DNA of 64,000 bases from an uncultured Desulfurellales bacterium (GCA_964515405.1 CAZERD010000001.1:7629-71628); one strand, 5' to 3'; positions 37,397 through 46,847 are shown, counted from the first letter of the stretch. A program made the numbers and translations. The notes: generated by a model from the sequence alone, not told the origin.

Positions 37397-38215
37397 ATGG
37401 AAATGGACGGGATGTATGATGTTCATGTTCATAGTGCTCCGGATATAATTCCCAGAAAGTTTAATGATGTAGAGCTTGCTCTGCTATACAGAGAGGCTGG
37501 TTTTAAAGGGATGGTTATAAAGAATCATTATCTTGATACGGCGGGTAGGGCTGGGATTGTTTCTTATGTTGTAGACGGGTTGGATGTGTTTGGAGGGATA
37601 GCACTTAACTATAGTGTTGGTGGGTTAAATCCCTATGCTGTTGAGGCTTGCATGAAACTAGGTGGTAAGGTTGTTTGGATGCCTACAGTGGATGCAGCGA
37701 ATCACAGAGCAAAGGTAGGGAAAGGAGGCGGAATTAGTGTTTTGAATGGTAATGCTTTGAAAAGGGAAGTTCTTGAAATACTTGAGGTGGTGAGAGATTT
37801 AGGTGGAGTGATTGCCACAGGTCATTTGTCATTTGTGGAGATAGAGGTGCTTTTAAAATGTGCTTCAGAAATGGGAGTGGAAAGGAAGGTTGTGACTCAT
37901 CCTGAGTTTTGGATTACCAGACTTTCTATCCCTCAACAGAATCGACTCTTGGAGTTTGGGGTGTATATAGAACGATGTTTGTATTCTTCTTTGCTGAGAG
38001 ATTCCAGGCGTGTTCCTATTGAATGGATTGTCAGACAGATAAGAGAGACTGGAGGAGCTTCTTATACGATTGTAGCCTCCGATCTTGGTCAAGTGGAAAA
38101 TGGATCTCCGGTTGAGGTTATAGAGAGAGCTGTGGATTTTTTTAGCGAGAGCGGTTTTTCGGATTGCGAGATAAAGACTATGTTTGTTTCTAATCCAAGC
38201 TTTATTTTGAATTGA
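37397..38215 (+). CDS. Putative metal-dependent hydrolase, amidohydrolase/TIM-barrel-like (uncharacterised family)
   Basis: N-terminal HxH motif (YDVHVHSAPD), later His/Asp candidates (ATGHLS, VTHPEF, VASDLG). It starts 9 nt after dctM. The family has not been verified. Confidence 0.5.
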   Translation: MEMDGMYDVHVHSAPDIIPRKFNDVELALLYREAGFKGMVIKNHYLDTAGRAGIVSYVVDGLDVFGGIALNYSVGGLNPYAVEACMKLGGKVVWMPTVDAANHRAKVGKGGGISVLNGNALKREVLEILEVVRDLGGVIATGHLSFVEIEVLLKCASEMGVERKVVTHPEFWITRLSIPQQNRLLEFGVYIERCLYSSLLRDSRRVPIEWIVRQIRETGGASYTIVASDLGQVENGSPVEVIERAVDFFSESGFSDCEIKTMFVSNPSFILN

Positions 38216-38260
38216 GTTTTCTGGTGCGTTTTTTTGCCTTTCGGTCTAGGTGTTCTCGAT

Positions 38261-38289
38261 TTGACACTTTGGTTTCCGTATGAGATACT
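38261..38289 (+). promoter_or_regulatory. Candidate sigma-70-type promoter for the KamA-like gene
   Basis: TTGACA, 17 nt, GATACT, in the 100-nt gap before the KamA-like ATG. Confidence 0.35.
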
Positions 38290-38315
38290 GACTTTCGCTG
38301 GTTTGAGGTGTGAGT

Positions 38316-39236
38316 ATGCAGGGTGGTACGGGATATAGAGGTTATCTAGCTGATTTGATGAGGAAGAAAGGGGTGGGTGAGCAGTTCATTAACAAGGCAG
38401 ACGTTGCCGCGCCCTGCTGTAAAGATCCATTGTGTGAGACTAAATATTCCCCTGTAAAGGGGCTTATCCATAGGTATCCGGATAGAGTGGTGGTTACTAT
38501 TACTAACAGGTGTTTTGTTTACTGTAGTTTTTGCTTTCGCAAGAGAAATTGGACAGCGTTTGAGGGATTTAATCTGAATGAGGCTGTGGAGTATGTGTCG
38601 TCCCATAATGGGATAAGGGAGGTTATCGTTTCAGGTGGAGATCCTCTTGTACTTTCGGACGGGGAGCTTGTTGAAATACTTACCGGCTTTGCCGCTGTTG
38701 AGCATATATCGTTCTTGAGATTGGGCACTAGAGCACCCACGTTGAATCCTTTTAGGATTACAGATGGGTTCGCAGAGTTGTTGGGCTCATTTCGGAAGAA
38801 AGTGTGGATAGCTATTCACGTGAATCATATCAACGAGATAACCTCCGGCTTTGAGGGGGCTATTAATAGACTTATTAGTTGTGGTGTTCCCGTGGTGTCT
38901 CAGACTGTGTTGTTGAAGGGTATCAATGATACTGTTGAAGTGCTTGAACCCTTGTTCTGTAGGCTTGTTTCTCTTGGTATTAAGCCTTACTACCTGTTCA
39001 ACTGTGATCTGGCCGACGGTAATGAGCAGTATAGGGTAAGGCTTGAGGAAGCCATGAAAATAATGGAACAGCTCAGAGGTAGAATAAGTGGGCTGTGTGT
39101 TCCAGCTTTTGCGTTTGATTTGGAGGGTGGAGGTGGAAAGATTGTTGTGGAGCCAGACAGGATGATTGGGAAAGAGGGAAAGAAATATAGATTTAGAAAC
39201 TTTGAGGGGAAAATTTATGGATATACAGACTTTTGA
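38316..39236 (+). CDS. KamA-family radical SAM aminomutase (lysine 2,3-aminomutase-like, short form)
   Basis: I chose the ATG at 38316 because GAGGTG lies 7 nt upstream. Motifs: HRYPDRVVV, the radical-SAM CxxxCxxC (CFVYCSFC), and the PLP-lysine motif LEGGGGK. Confidence 0.8.
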   Translation: MQGGTGYRGYLADLMRKKGVGEQFINKADVAAPCCKDPLCETKYSPVKGLIHRYPDRVVVTITNRCFVYCSFCFRKRNWTAFEGFNLNEAVEYVSSHNGIREVIVSGGDPLVLSDGELVEILTGFAAVEHISFLRLGTRAPTLNPFRITDGFAELLGSFRKKVWIAIHVNHINEITSGFEGAINRLISCGVPVVSQTVLLKGINDTVEVLEPLFCRLVSLGIKPYYLFNCDLADGNEQYRVRLEEAMKIMEQLRGRISGLCVPAFAFDLEGGGGKIVVEPDRMIGKEGKKYRFRNFEGKIYGYTDF

Positions 39237-39597
39237 TTTGTGTGCTGAGATTGGAAGAATAAAGGAAAATATCGCTGGAGAAGGGCTTGGTATGATCCTC
39301 GTGCACAATGGTGTGGTAAGGGCTACCTCTAGAGAAGGGAAGGAGCTTGCTGTATCGGGGATGGTTTTGGATTACGATGAGAGGAAGTTAAATCAAGTGG
39401 TTGAAGAAGTTAGGTTGCGTCCTGGAGTAGTTTATGTTTCTGTGTGGATAAATAAAGGTAAATTGGATGTGGGTGACGATATAATGTACGTTGTGGTAGC
39501 CGGTGACAGAAGGAGTAATGTATTTCCTTCCTTTGAATGGTTGGTGGAAGTGTTGAAGAAGGAGGTGGTCAAGGAGGTTGAGCTTCATAGGTTTTGA
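39217..39597 (+). CDS. MoaE-like protein (molybdopterin synthase large-subunit fold), function unknown
   Basis: I chose the internal ATG at 39217, which overlaps the KamA-like gene by 20 nt. By eye it aligns with E. coli MoaE (VGDDIMYVVVAGDRRSNVF...LKKEVVKE versus PGDEIVFVGVTSAHRSSAF...LKTRAPFWKRE). Confidence 0.5.
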   Translation: MDIQTFDLCAEIGRIKENIAGEGLGMILVHNGVVRATSREGKELAVSGMVLDYDERKLNQVVEEVRLRPGVVYVSVWINKGKLDVGDDIMYVVVAGDRRSNVFPSFEWLVEVLKKEVVKEVELHRF

Positions 39598-40582
39598 AGC
39601 GTGGGTCTGCGTCTATCTTTGAGTAGTTATAGGTTCCTCTGCTGAGGCTAAGTGAAGCTACTTTTGCTATCATGACGGCGTTGTCCGTTGTCATTGGCAG
39701 TTCAGGAATGATGACTTTTAGTTTATGTGTGGAAGCTATTTCCTTCAGTTTGTTCCTTAAAAGGGAATTGGCGGATACACCACCAGAGATGGATAGCGTT
39801 TTTATTCCTGACACTTTTGATGCTTCAAAGAGACGGCGACAGAGTATATCTACCACGGATTTCTGGAAGGAAGCGGCAATGTCTGCTGTATCAGTTTTTG
39901 ACAGGTTACCTAGCTTTTTAACAAGGTTATTGACAAACGTTTTTGGGCCGCTGAAGCTGAAGTCTAATGTATTTTCCTGGGCCATTCCTTGTGGGATGCT
40001 GAATCGTTCAGGGTTTCCTTCTTTTGACAGTTTGTCAATTATGGGTCCCCCCGGGTATCCCACGCCCAGTATACGTGCTACTTTGTCGAAGGCTTCGCCT
40101 GCTGCATCGTCCAACGTTTTGCCCATTAATTCATAGTTCCCCACACCATTTACCTTGAATATATGTGTGTGTCCGCCGGAGACAACCAAAGAAATGAAGG
40201 GGAACTCTATTTCTCTGCCTATGAACGGGGAGAATATGTGACCTTCTATGTGATTCACAGGGATAATAGGTTTTCTATTGGAATATGCTATAGCTTTTGC
40301 GAATGCGACTCCGACCAGGAGTGATGGCATTAATCCTGGTCCTATGGTTACGGCTATGTGGTCTATATGTTTTATTTCCACTGAAAGTTCCCTGAGTGCT
40401 TCAGTGGTAGCCTGATGAATGGTGTTTACGTGGTTTCTTGCTGCGAATTCTGGGACGATGCCTCCGAACTTGCTGTGTACAGAGTTCTGAGAGATGACGA
40501 TGTTTGAGTATTTAGTATCGTCTTCGAAGGCACTTACAGCGGTGTCATCGCAAGACGTGTCAAAGGATAGTATCATGCTCAC
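39569..40582 (-). CDS. tsaD: tRNA N6-adenosine threonylcarbamoyltransferase TsaD
   Basis: 337 aa, Kae1/TsaD family, with the metal motif NHIEGH and the VVSGGHTH and GGVSAN segments. Confidence 0.9.
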   Translation of the reverse strand: MSMILSFDTSCDDTAVSAFEDDTKYSNIVISQNSVHSKFGGIVPEFAARNHVNTIHQATTEALRELSVEIKHIDHIAVTIGPGLMPSLLVGVAFAKAIAYSNRKPIIPVNHIEGHIFSPFIGREIEFPFISLVVSGGHTHIFKVNGVGNYELMGKTLDDAAGEAFDKVARILGVGYPGGPIIDKLSKEGNPERFSIPQGMAQENTLDFSFSGPKTFVNNLVKKLGNLSKTDTADIAASFQKSVVDILCRRLFEASKVSGIKTLSISGGVSANSLLRNKLKEIASTHKLKVIIPELPMTTDNAVMIAKVASLSLSRGTYNYSKIDADPRFKTYEAQPP

Positions 40583-41319
40583 CTCAGCACGTACTTGACG
40601 TCTATCATGTATTTTTCAAGTTTTTTCCTGTTCTTTTTAAGGGCTTCGTACATCGGCCAGTTGCAGTGTCCTATAGCCACTACGCTGTTATACTTCGAGA
40701 GTAAAGCTATGGCTTTGTTTATTTGCTCTGTTATGTATTTGACGTTCTTGTAGTCGTCAAGGAATACAAGCCTAACAGCGTACGGCACATGGTATTTTTT
40801 TGCTTCTGCTGCACCTATGCTCTTTGGTGTTGTCATGCTGTCTACGAAGAACATGTGATGTTTTCTGAGAAACATCATGATTATAGACATCTGTTTCCTG
40901 TCTTGAAGAAGTCTTGATCCTTCATGGTTATCAAGCCCTGAGGCGCATGGCAGTTTTCTTTTGGCTCTCCTTAATAGTTTCCATACTTTCTGGGGTGGTG
41001 TGTTTACATATATGGCATCTTTGCCTGGGTTTGTCCCTGGATAGGAGAGTGGTTGAGAAGGCATGTGTATCATTACTGTGAATCCCATTTTGCAGAACTT
41101 TTTGGATAGGGAAGGGCTGTAAGGCGCATCCGGGAGGAATGAAAAATCAAGAGGCAATCTTAAGGATATGAATCGGTGGGCCAGAATCTCGTTGTATCCC
41201 ATGTCGTCTATGATGATGGATAGCTTGCGGTTAAACAACCATGACGCTGTAGCGCCATGGGTGCTGCCTCCGAGCAGCACCCACAGGAGCAGGAGGGCTG
41301 TTATTATTTTTCTGGACAT
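40579..41319 (-). CDS. Divergent polysaccharide deacetylase family protein (YibQ-like)
   Basis: Signal peptide, the LSIIIDDMGYN motif and DNHEGS. Confidence 0.75.
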   Translation of the reverse strand: MSRKIITALLLLWVLLGGSTHGATASWLFNRKLSIIIDDMGYNEILAHRFISLRLPLDFSFLPDAPYSPSLSKKFCKMGFTVMIHMPSQPLSYPGTNPGKDAIYVNTPPQKVWKLLRRAKRKLPCASGLDNHEGSRLLQDRKQMSIIMMFLRKHHMFFVDSMTTPKSIGAAEAKKYHVPYAVRLVFLDDYKNVKYITEQINKAIALLSKYNSVVAIGHCNWPMYEALKKNRKKLEKYMIDVKYVLR

Positions 41320-42560
41320 ACCATACTTTCTGCCTTTATAAGTTCCACGGCTCTAAGCAGTTGGTAATCCCGTGCGAGCTTTTTATTAAGTTCGAGGGGT
41401 GGAACGGTTTTCTTTTTCTTTTGTTGGGAGGGTAGATGGTGTAGCAGATCGCTTTCCCTTAGTACGTATGGGTTTTTTATGGGTACCACCCTTGCTTCCG
41501 GCACAATTATATTTGGTTCTACACCTACGGCTTGGATACTTTTGCCGTTTGGTGTGTAGTATTCGGCGGTTGTAAGCCTGAGGGCAGAACCGTCTGGAAG
41601 GGGGATGATAGACTGAACTGAGCCCTTTCCAAATGTCCTTACACCCATTACTATTGCTCTTTTATGGTCTTTCAGGCATGCTGTTACAATTTCAGCGGCT
41701 GAAGCGGTACCGGAGTTCACAAGCACCACAAGAGGGTATTCGGGCTCAAACACATTCCCATTGGCATAAAACACCTGTTTATTTGCTGGATTTCTTCCCC
41801 TAACGGACACAATGATGCCATGTTTTACGAATATATCGCTAACTGCCACTGCTTGGGATAGCAATCCTCCAGGGTCGTTTCTTAAGTCCAAAACGACACC
41901 CAGGACGTGATGCTTTTTGAAGTTTTCGAGGGTTTTTCTTACTGCTTTTGCTGTGCCGCTCTGGAATTGAACTATTCTTATGTAGCCTACTTTATCAATG
42001 ATTTTGCTTTTTACGCTCTTTATATGAATTATTGCTCTTGTGAGTGTCACACTGAATGGAGCTTTCTTGCCCTTTCTGAGAATAGTGAGTGTGACTTTGG
42101 TTCCTGGTTTGCCTCTCATCAGGTTTACTGCTTTCTGTAAGCTCATTCCTATTGTACTTTCCCCGTTTATTTTGATTATCATGTCCCCTGGTTTTAGTCC
42201 TGCCTTGTAGGCTGGAGTTCCATCAATAGGTGCGAGTATTGTTATAACGCCGTTTTTCATTGTGATTTCCATACCCAGACCTCCAAATTCACCCCGCATG
42301 TCTATCTGAAGATCTTTGTATTCGTTTTTTGTGAGGTAGGAAGAATGCGGGTCCAGAGAACTCACCATGCCCTTTAGAGCACTGTCCAACAGTTTTACAT
42401 TGTTAACCTTGTGTACGTAGCTGTGGTCTATTATAGAGAGAACTTCTGCGAATATTTTCATCTTTTCGTATTCGCTCATGGAAGTGTTGCCCCAGGAGAC
42501 GCCCGTTATAGATAGTGCTGTGGCTATGATTATTCCTACCAGCAATATTCTCCTAAGCAT
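41304..42560 (-). CDS. Carboxy-terminal processing protease (S41 family)
   Basis: PDZ segment (GLKPGDMIIKING), catalytic Ser context GTASAAEI and Lys context TFGKGSVQ. Confidence 0.9.
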   Translation of the reverse strand: MLRRILLVGIIIATALSITGVSWGNTSMSEYEKMKIFAEVLSIIDHSYVHKVNNVKLLDSALKGMVSSLDPHSSYLTKNEYKDLQIDMRGEFGGLGMEITMKNGVITILAPIDGTPAYKAGLKPGDMIIKINGESTIGMSLQKAVNLMRGKPGTKVTLTILRKGKKAPFSVTLTRAIIHIKSVKSKIIDKVGYIRIVQFQSGTAKAVRKTLENFKKHHVLGVVLDLRNDPGGLLSQAVAVSDIFVKHGIIVSVRGRNPANKQVFYANGNVFEPEYPLVVLVNSGTASAAEIVTACLKDHKRAIVMGVRTFGKGSVQSIIPLPDGSALRLTTAEYYTPNGKSIQAVGVEPNIIVPEARVVPIKNPYVLRESDLLHHLPSQQKKKKTVPPLELNKKLARDYQLLRAVELIKAESMVCPEK

Positions 42561-43684
42561 TACCTCAAATACCTCCTGTTTAAGAATGTCAGTGGATTAA
42601 CGGGGTGGTAAAGATGCCTTATTTCAAAGTGTAGTACATTACTCTGCAACCTCCCTATGCATTGAAAGTATCTCACGAATTCTCCTTTCTTCATATGTGT
42701 TTTAACTCCACCATACACAGTATAATAATTGTTCATGTGATTTACAATAATAACGTTTCCGTAACCAGGGAGGTTTCCGATAAATGCTATTTTACCAGGG
42801 AATACAGCGTGAACACATTCTCCTTTTATGCCTTTTATATCCACGCCGTCATTTCTTGTGTATACATGCATCCTTGGATCGTATTTTATGCCGAACGTGC
42901 TTACTATAAACCCTCTTATGGGTGGTTTGAGTTTGTGTTTCATATTGGAGAACCTGAGAGAGGCAAACTTTCTTATCTTTCTCTTGATAGCAGCTAGTTT
43001 CTCCTGCTCCACTATTTTTTTTAGCAAACCCTCAAGTTTTTTCTTTTCCTGTTTGAGTCTGTTTATTTCGGCCAGGTATTTGTTTTTTTCAACCTCGAGC
43101 TCGTGAGTTAGGTATGCCACCTTCAAATTTTTTCTGTCAAGTTCGGCTTTCTGGTGTTTTATAGCGTTTAGCAGATTGGCTTTTTTCCGGCGGTAATTTT
43201 TAAGTTGTTTTATCTTGACAAGCAAAAGCTTATTTTTGCGTATATAGTTATTTATAGATTTCTCTATGTAGCCAGTTAGGGATTTGTTCATGCGTTCGTA
43301 CCATATTCCTTCGGCATAGTAGGACGATATCTTTGAATATTTGTAGTATTTTACGAGCTCCTTCATGAGCTTATTATACTGACCCTCCAACTTTTTATTA
43401 ATTTCACTGACGTCCAGCATCATTCTGTTGATTTTGCTGTCCAATTTCTTCATCTCTTTCTCTGACAGACGGAGTTTTATTCTCAGCGAGGCAGCTGCTC
43501 TTTCGACCCTTGTTTTTTCCTGGAGGAGTTTATCGTATTTTTTCTCTATTTCCATATAGCTTTTTTTCTTTATTTCTATGTTTTTGTTTATTGTTTCTAT
43601 TTTGTTTTCTACAGATGATTTATTAGAGGCGAATGTAGCGGATGTAATTAACAGTATTAGGAATAGAATGCTAAACTTTTTCAT
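42560..43684 (-). CDS. Murein hydrolase activator, coiled-coil + M23 (LytM) domain (EnvC-like)
   Basis: Signal peptide, about 230 aa of K/E-rich coiled coil, and a C-terminal LytM domain ending in HFEIR. Confidence 0.8.
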   Translation of the reverse strand: MKKFSILFLILLITSATFASNKSSVENKIETINKNIEIKKKSYMEIEKKYDKLLQEKTRVERAAASLRIKLRLSEKEMKKLDSKINRMMLDVSEINKKLEGQYNKLMKELVKYYKYSKISSYYAEGIWYERMNKSLTGYIEKSINNYIRKNKLLLVKIKQLKNYRRKKANLLNAIKHQKAELDRKNLKVAYLTHELEVEKNKYLAEINRLKQEKKKLEGLLKKIVEQEKLAAIKRKIRKFASLRFSNMKHKLKPPIRGFIVSTFGIKYDPRMHVYTRNDGVDIKGIKGECVHAVFPGKIAFIGNLPGYGNVIIVNHMNNYYTVYGGVKTHMKKGEFVRYFQCIGRLQSNVLHFEIRHLYHPVNPLTFLNRRYLR

Positions 43685-44504
43685 CTTTTATGAGGAAGGT
43701 AAACAGGGCTGATACAAAGGTTACTGTCACCCCTATTAGTATATTTATTATGACCCCTCCCGTTAGGGAAGACGATAACACCCCAGCTGGTATATGCATG
43801 ATTCTTGAGTACCCTGAGGAAATAGAGTATACCCCAATGATTAGAAGGGTTCCGAGTATGAGTGAAGCAACGGATACAATCATTGTTCTCTTTATGAAGA
43901 ATCCTAGTAGTGTTATCCTTTTCAGTCCAAGCATTTTGAGTGTGTCGTAGCTCTTTTTCTTGCTGGAGTAGAGTATTACTATTATGGAAGTCATAACTAC
44001 GAACTCGACAATGTATAACAGTGTGATAAGCAGTCTTCCTGAGACCTCAAACACGCCCTGTATTCTATTCATGTTCTTGAGAAAGTTAGTGGGATATTCT
44101 ACGCTTTCGACGGCTGGGTTCTTAAGCATGGTTTTTCTGAATGTTTTAAGGTTCTGGGTGGTCAAAAAGTAGGGTTTTAGAAACACCTTTATGGAGTATG
44201 GAAATGGGTTTTCCGAGAACATGGAGAGATCTATGGAAAACTTCTTTATCATGTTTTCCAAAGCCATTTCCCTTGTTATTACTTTGAATTTGTTGACCAT
44301 AATATTATCTGAAAGTTCAGTTTCTATTGCTATTATATCAGATTTTGAGGCCGACTTTTTGAGAAATATAAAGACAGGGATGCTTGCTTTTTTCAGGGCT
44401 ATAGTGTCGTTTGCTACAAAGTAAGAGCTTACGAATACACTCATCGTCAGGAAAAAAGCCATCACGACGAAGAACAGAGCAAGATCTACTCCACTTTTTC
44501 TCAT
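43671..44504 (-). CDS. ftsX: Cell division ABC transporter permease-like protein FtsX
   Basis: 277 aa with a TM segment, a periplasmic domain and three TM segments. Sits between ftsE and the envC-like gene. Confidence 0.8.
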   Translation of the reverse strand: MRKSGVDLALFFVVMAFFLTMSVFVSSYFVANDTIALKKASIPVFIFLKKSASKSDIIAIETELSDNIMVNKFKVITREMALENMIKKFSIDLSMFSENPFPYSIKVFLKPYFLTTQNLKTFRKTMLKNPAVESVEYPTNFLKNMNRIQGVFEVSGRLLITLLYIVEFVVMTSIIVILYSSKKKSYDTLKMLGLKRITLLGFFIKRTMIVSVASLILGTLLIIGVYSISSGYSRIMHIPAGVLSSSLTGGVIINILIGVTVTFVSALFTFLIKDEKV

Positions 44505-44507
44505 ACT

Positions 44508-45122
44508 TTATCCCATTGTTATGGTATAAAACCCTGGGTCAAGCTCTACCTGGGATGTTATAAGAAATGTTATATCCCTCCTCCTATTTATTCTCTTTAT
44601 GAGTTCAAGCACCATGTTTTTTTTGTCCTCAGATATAAATCTGAATGGTTCGTCTGCAACTATGAGCGGATAATTGTATGATAGGGCACGGGCTATACCT
44701 ATGAGCGCCTGTTCCGAAACAGAGAGTTCCTCTGGGTATTTGTCGAGTATGGTGCCTATATTTAAAACTTCCACTACTTCATCTATAAGGGAGAATGATT
44801 TGCCTGTATATCTACCTATAAACAGTATGTTGTCCCGTGCGGTTAAGCCGTCCACGAGTTTTATGTCTTCGAATATTATGCCAATGTATCTCCTTAGCAG
44901 GATGATTTTTGAGTAACTCAGGGAACTTATGTCTGCATCAAATACCCTTACGAAGCCATCATCTGGTTTTGTAGCCCCGTATATCATTTTTAGAACGGTG
45001 GTTTTCCCGCGCGATTGTGGAGCTATAAGTTGGTTGATCTTATCTGGCACTATACGAAAGCTAAGTGCTTTTATAACAAGCCTGTCGCCGTATGATTTGT
45101 ATACGTCTATGAACTCAACCAT
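44508..45122 (-). CDS. ftsE: Cell division ATP-binding protein FtsE homologue with degenerate catalytic motifs
   Basis: Colinear with E. coli FtsE by eye, and upstream of ftsX. Walker A reads APQSRGKTT, the Q-loop FED, the signature LSVSEQ, Walker B IVADEP, and the H-loop position ITSQ. Confidence 0.8.
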   Translation of the reverse strand: MVEFIDVYKSYGDRLVIKALSFRIVPDKINQLIAPQSRGKTTVLKMIYGATKPDDGFVRVFDADISSLSYSKIILLRRYIGIIFEDIKLVDGLTARDNILFIGRYTGKSFSLIDEVVEVLNIGTILDKYPEELSVSEQALIGIARALSYNYPLIVADEPFRFISEDKKNMVLELIKRINRRRDITFLITSQVELDPGFYTITMG

Positions 45123-46038
45123 TTAGTGCGCGCTTTATTCTTTTTGCGATAATCTCGGGTGTGAAGCCGAATTTGCAGAATAGATCTTCCTTTGAACCTG
45201 ACTCCCCAAATACGTCCTGTATGCCTATTCTATGTATTTCCACTGGGTTATTTTCTGATAGGAATTCGCATACAGCTCCTCCCAAGCCACCCAGTATGGA
45301 GTGTTCTTCGACGGTAAATACTTTCCCCGTTTTTTTTGCTGAGGTATATACTGTTTCGCCGTCTAAAGGTTTTATCGCTGGCATGTTGATTACTTCAACG
45401 CTTATTCCATCTGTGTTTAGAAGTCTGGCAACTTCAATGGAGATGTACACCATGAATCCGCATGCGATCACTGTGGCATCTTTGCCTTCGATGATTACGT
45501 TTCCTTTAACTTCAAAGGGTTTGCTCTCGGTGAATATAGGGGATTTTGCCCTAGATGTTCTTATATATACAGGACCTTCCAGTTCGTAGCTCTTGAGCGT
45601 AGCGTGGTAGGCTTCGTTGTAGTCCGCGGGGACGATGACGTGCATGTTGGGGAGGGCTCTCATTATGGCTATATCGACTACTGCCTGGTGGGAGCCTCCA
45701 TCTTCTCCGACGCTTATTCCTGAGTGCGAGCCGCACAGGACGACGTTGAGGTTCTGGTAGCATACAGACTGTCTTACTGATTCAAATGCTCGTCCGGTTA
45801 CGAACACAGCGAAGCTGGAAACATATGGTTTAAGTCCGGATAAGGCCAGTCCTGCTGCTACATCCACCATGTTTGATTCTGCGATGCCAAGGTTGAAGAA
45901 TCTCTCTGGGTAAACTTTCTTAAATTCGGCCGATTTTGTTGAAATAGAGAGATCAGCATCAAGTACCACTATATCCTTGTGGTTTTTTCCAAGCTCTACA
46001 AGCGCTTTGCCATAGGCTTCTCTGGTCGCTTTTTCCAT
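45115..46038 (-). CDS. Transketolase, C-terminal (pyrimidine-binding) subunit
   Basis: 307 aa, split-transketolase C-terminal half (FNLGIAESNMV...). Confidence 0.9.
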   Translation of the reverse strand: MEKATREAYGKALVELGKNHKDIVVLDADLSISTKSAEFKKVYPERFFNLGIAESNMVDVAAGLALSGLKPYVSSFAVFVTGRAFESVRQSVCYQNLNVVLCGSHSGISVGEDGGSHQAVVDIAIMRALPNMHVIVPADYNEAYHATLKSYELEGPVYIRTSRAKSPIFTESKPFEVKGNVIIEGKDATVIACGFMVYISIEVARLLNTDGISVEVINMPAIKPLDGETVYTSAKKTGKVFTVEEHSILGGLGGAVCEFLSENNPVEIHRIGIQDVFGESGSKEDLFCKFGFTPEIIAKRIKRALNG

Positions 46039-46847
46039 CAGTTTAGCTCCTTTAGGGCTCTTTTTAGCTCCTCATCCGTTGGGGCGACTCCGTGGTAATT
46101 AATTTTATTCTCCATAAAGGATACTCCCATACCTTTCACGGTTTTTGCAACCACTGCTGTGGGGTGATTGGGAGATATGTATCCTAAGGCCTCTGTAAGT
46201 TCTGGAATACTGTGCCCGTTGACCACACGGCACTCAAAACCGAAAGCTCTGAATTTTTCATCTATTGGTTCTATGTTCATGATGTCTGAACATTTTCCAT
46301 CTATTTGCAGTCCATTGTTGTCGACTATAACAGTCAGGTTGTGCAGGTGGTAGTGAGATGCCGCCATGAAAGCCTCGTATACGAGACCTTCCTGCATTTC
46401 ACCGTCCCCTATTATGCAAAAAACCCTATAGCTTTTGTTTGTGATTTTACCAGCAAGTGCCATACCTACGGCTTGGCTTATGCCATGGCCCAGTGAACCA
46501 GTAGATGCTTCAATGCCGGGCAGTTTTGTTGCGTCTGGATGTCCCTGAAGCGGACTGGATACTCTTCTCAGAGTCCATAGTAGCTTTTTGTCAAAGAATC
46601 CAGCGTGCGCCAGCACAGCGTACAGAGCCGGGGCACCATGTCCCTTTGAGAGCACGACTCTGTCCCTATCAGGCCACTTGGGGAATCGGGGATTGTATCT
46701 TACGATGCCCCCAAAGTATAGGCTCACCAGTATTTCAACAAGACTCAATGAGCCACCTGTATGCCCACTACCCGCTTTGTTTAGCATCACTAGTATGTCC
46801 CTTCTTATCTGTGTGGTTATGTTTTTAAGTTCTGTTGTTGAGTCCAT
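46038..46847 (-). CDS. Transketolase, N-terminal (TPP-binding) subunit
   Basis: 269 aa with SGHTGGSLS and the GDGEMQEG TPP motif. Confidence 0.9.
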   Translation of the reverse strand: MDSTTELKNITTQIRRDILVMLNKAGSGHTGGSLSLVEILVSLYFGGIVRYNPRFPKWPDRDRVVLSKGHGAPALYAVLAHAGFFDKKLLWTLRRVSSPLQGHPDATKLPGIEASTGSLGHGISQAVGMALAGKITNKSYRVFCIIGDGEMQEGLVYEAFMAASHYHLHNLTVIVDNNGLQIDGKCSDIMNIEPIDEKFRAFGFECRVVNGHSIPELTEALGYISPNHPTAVVAKTVKGMGVSFMENKINYHGVAPTDEELKRALKELN

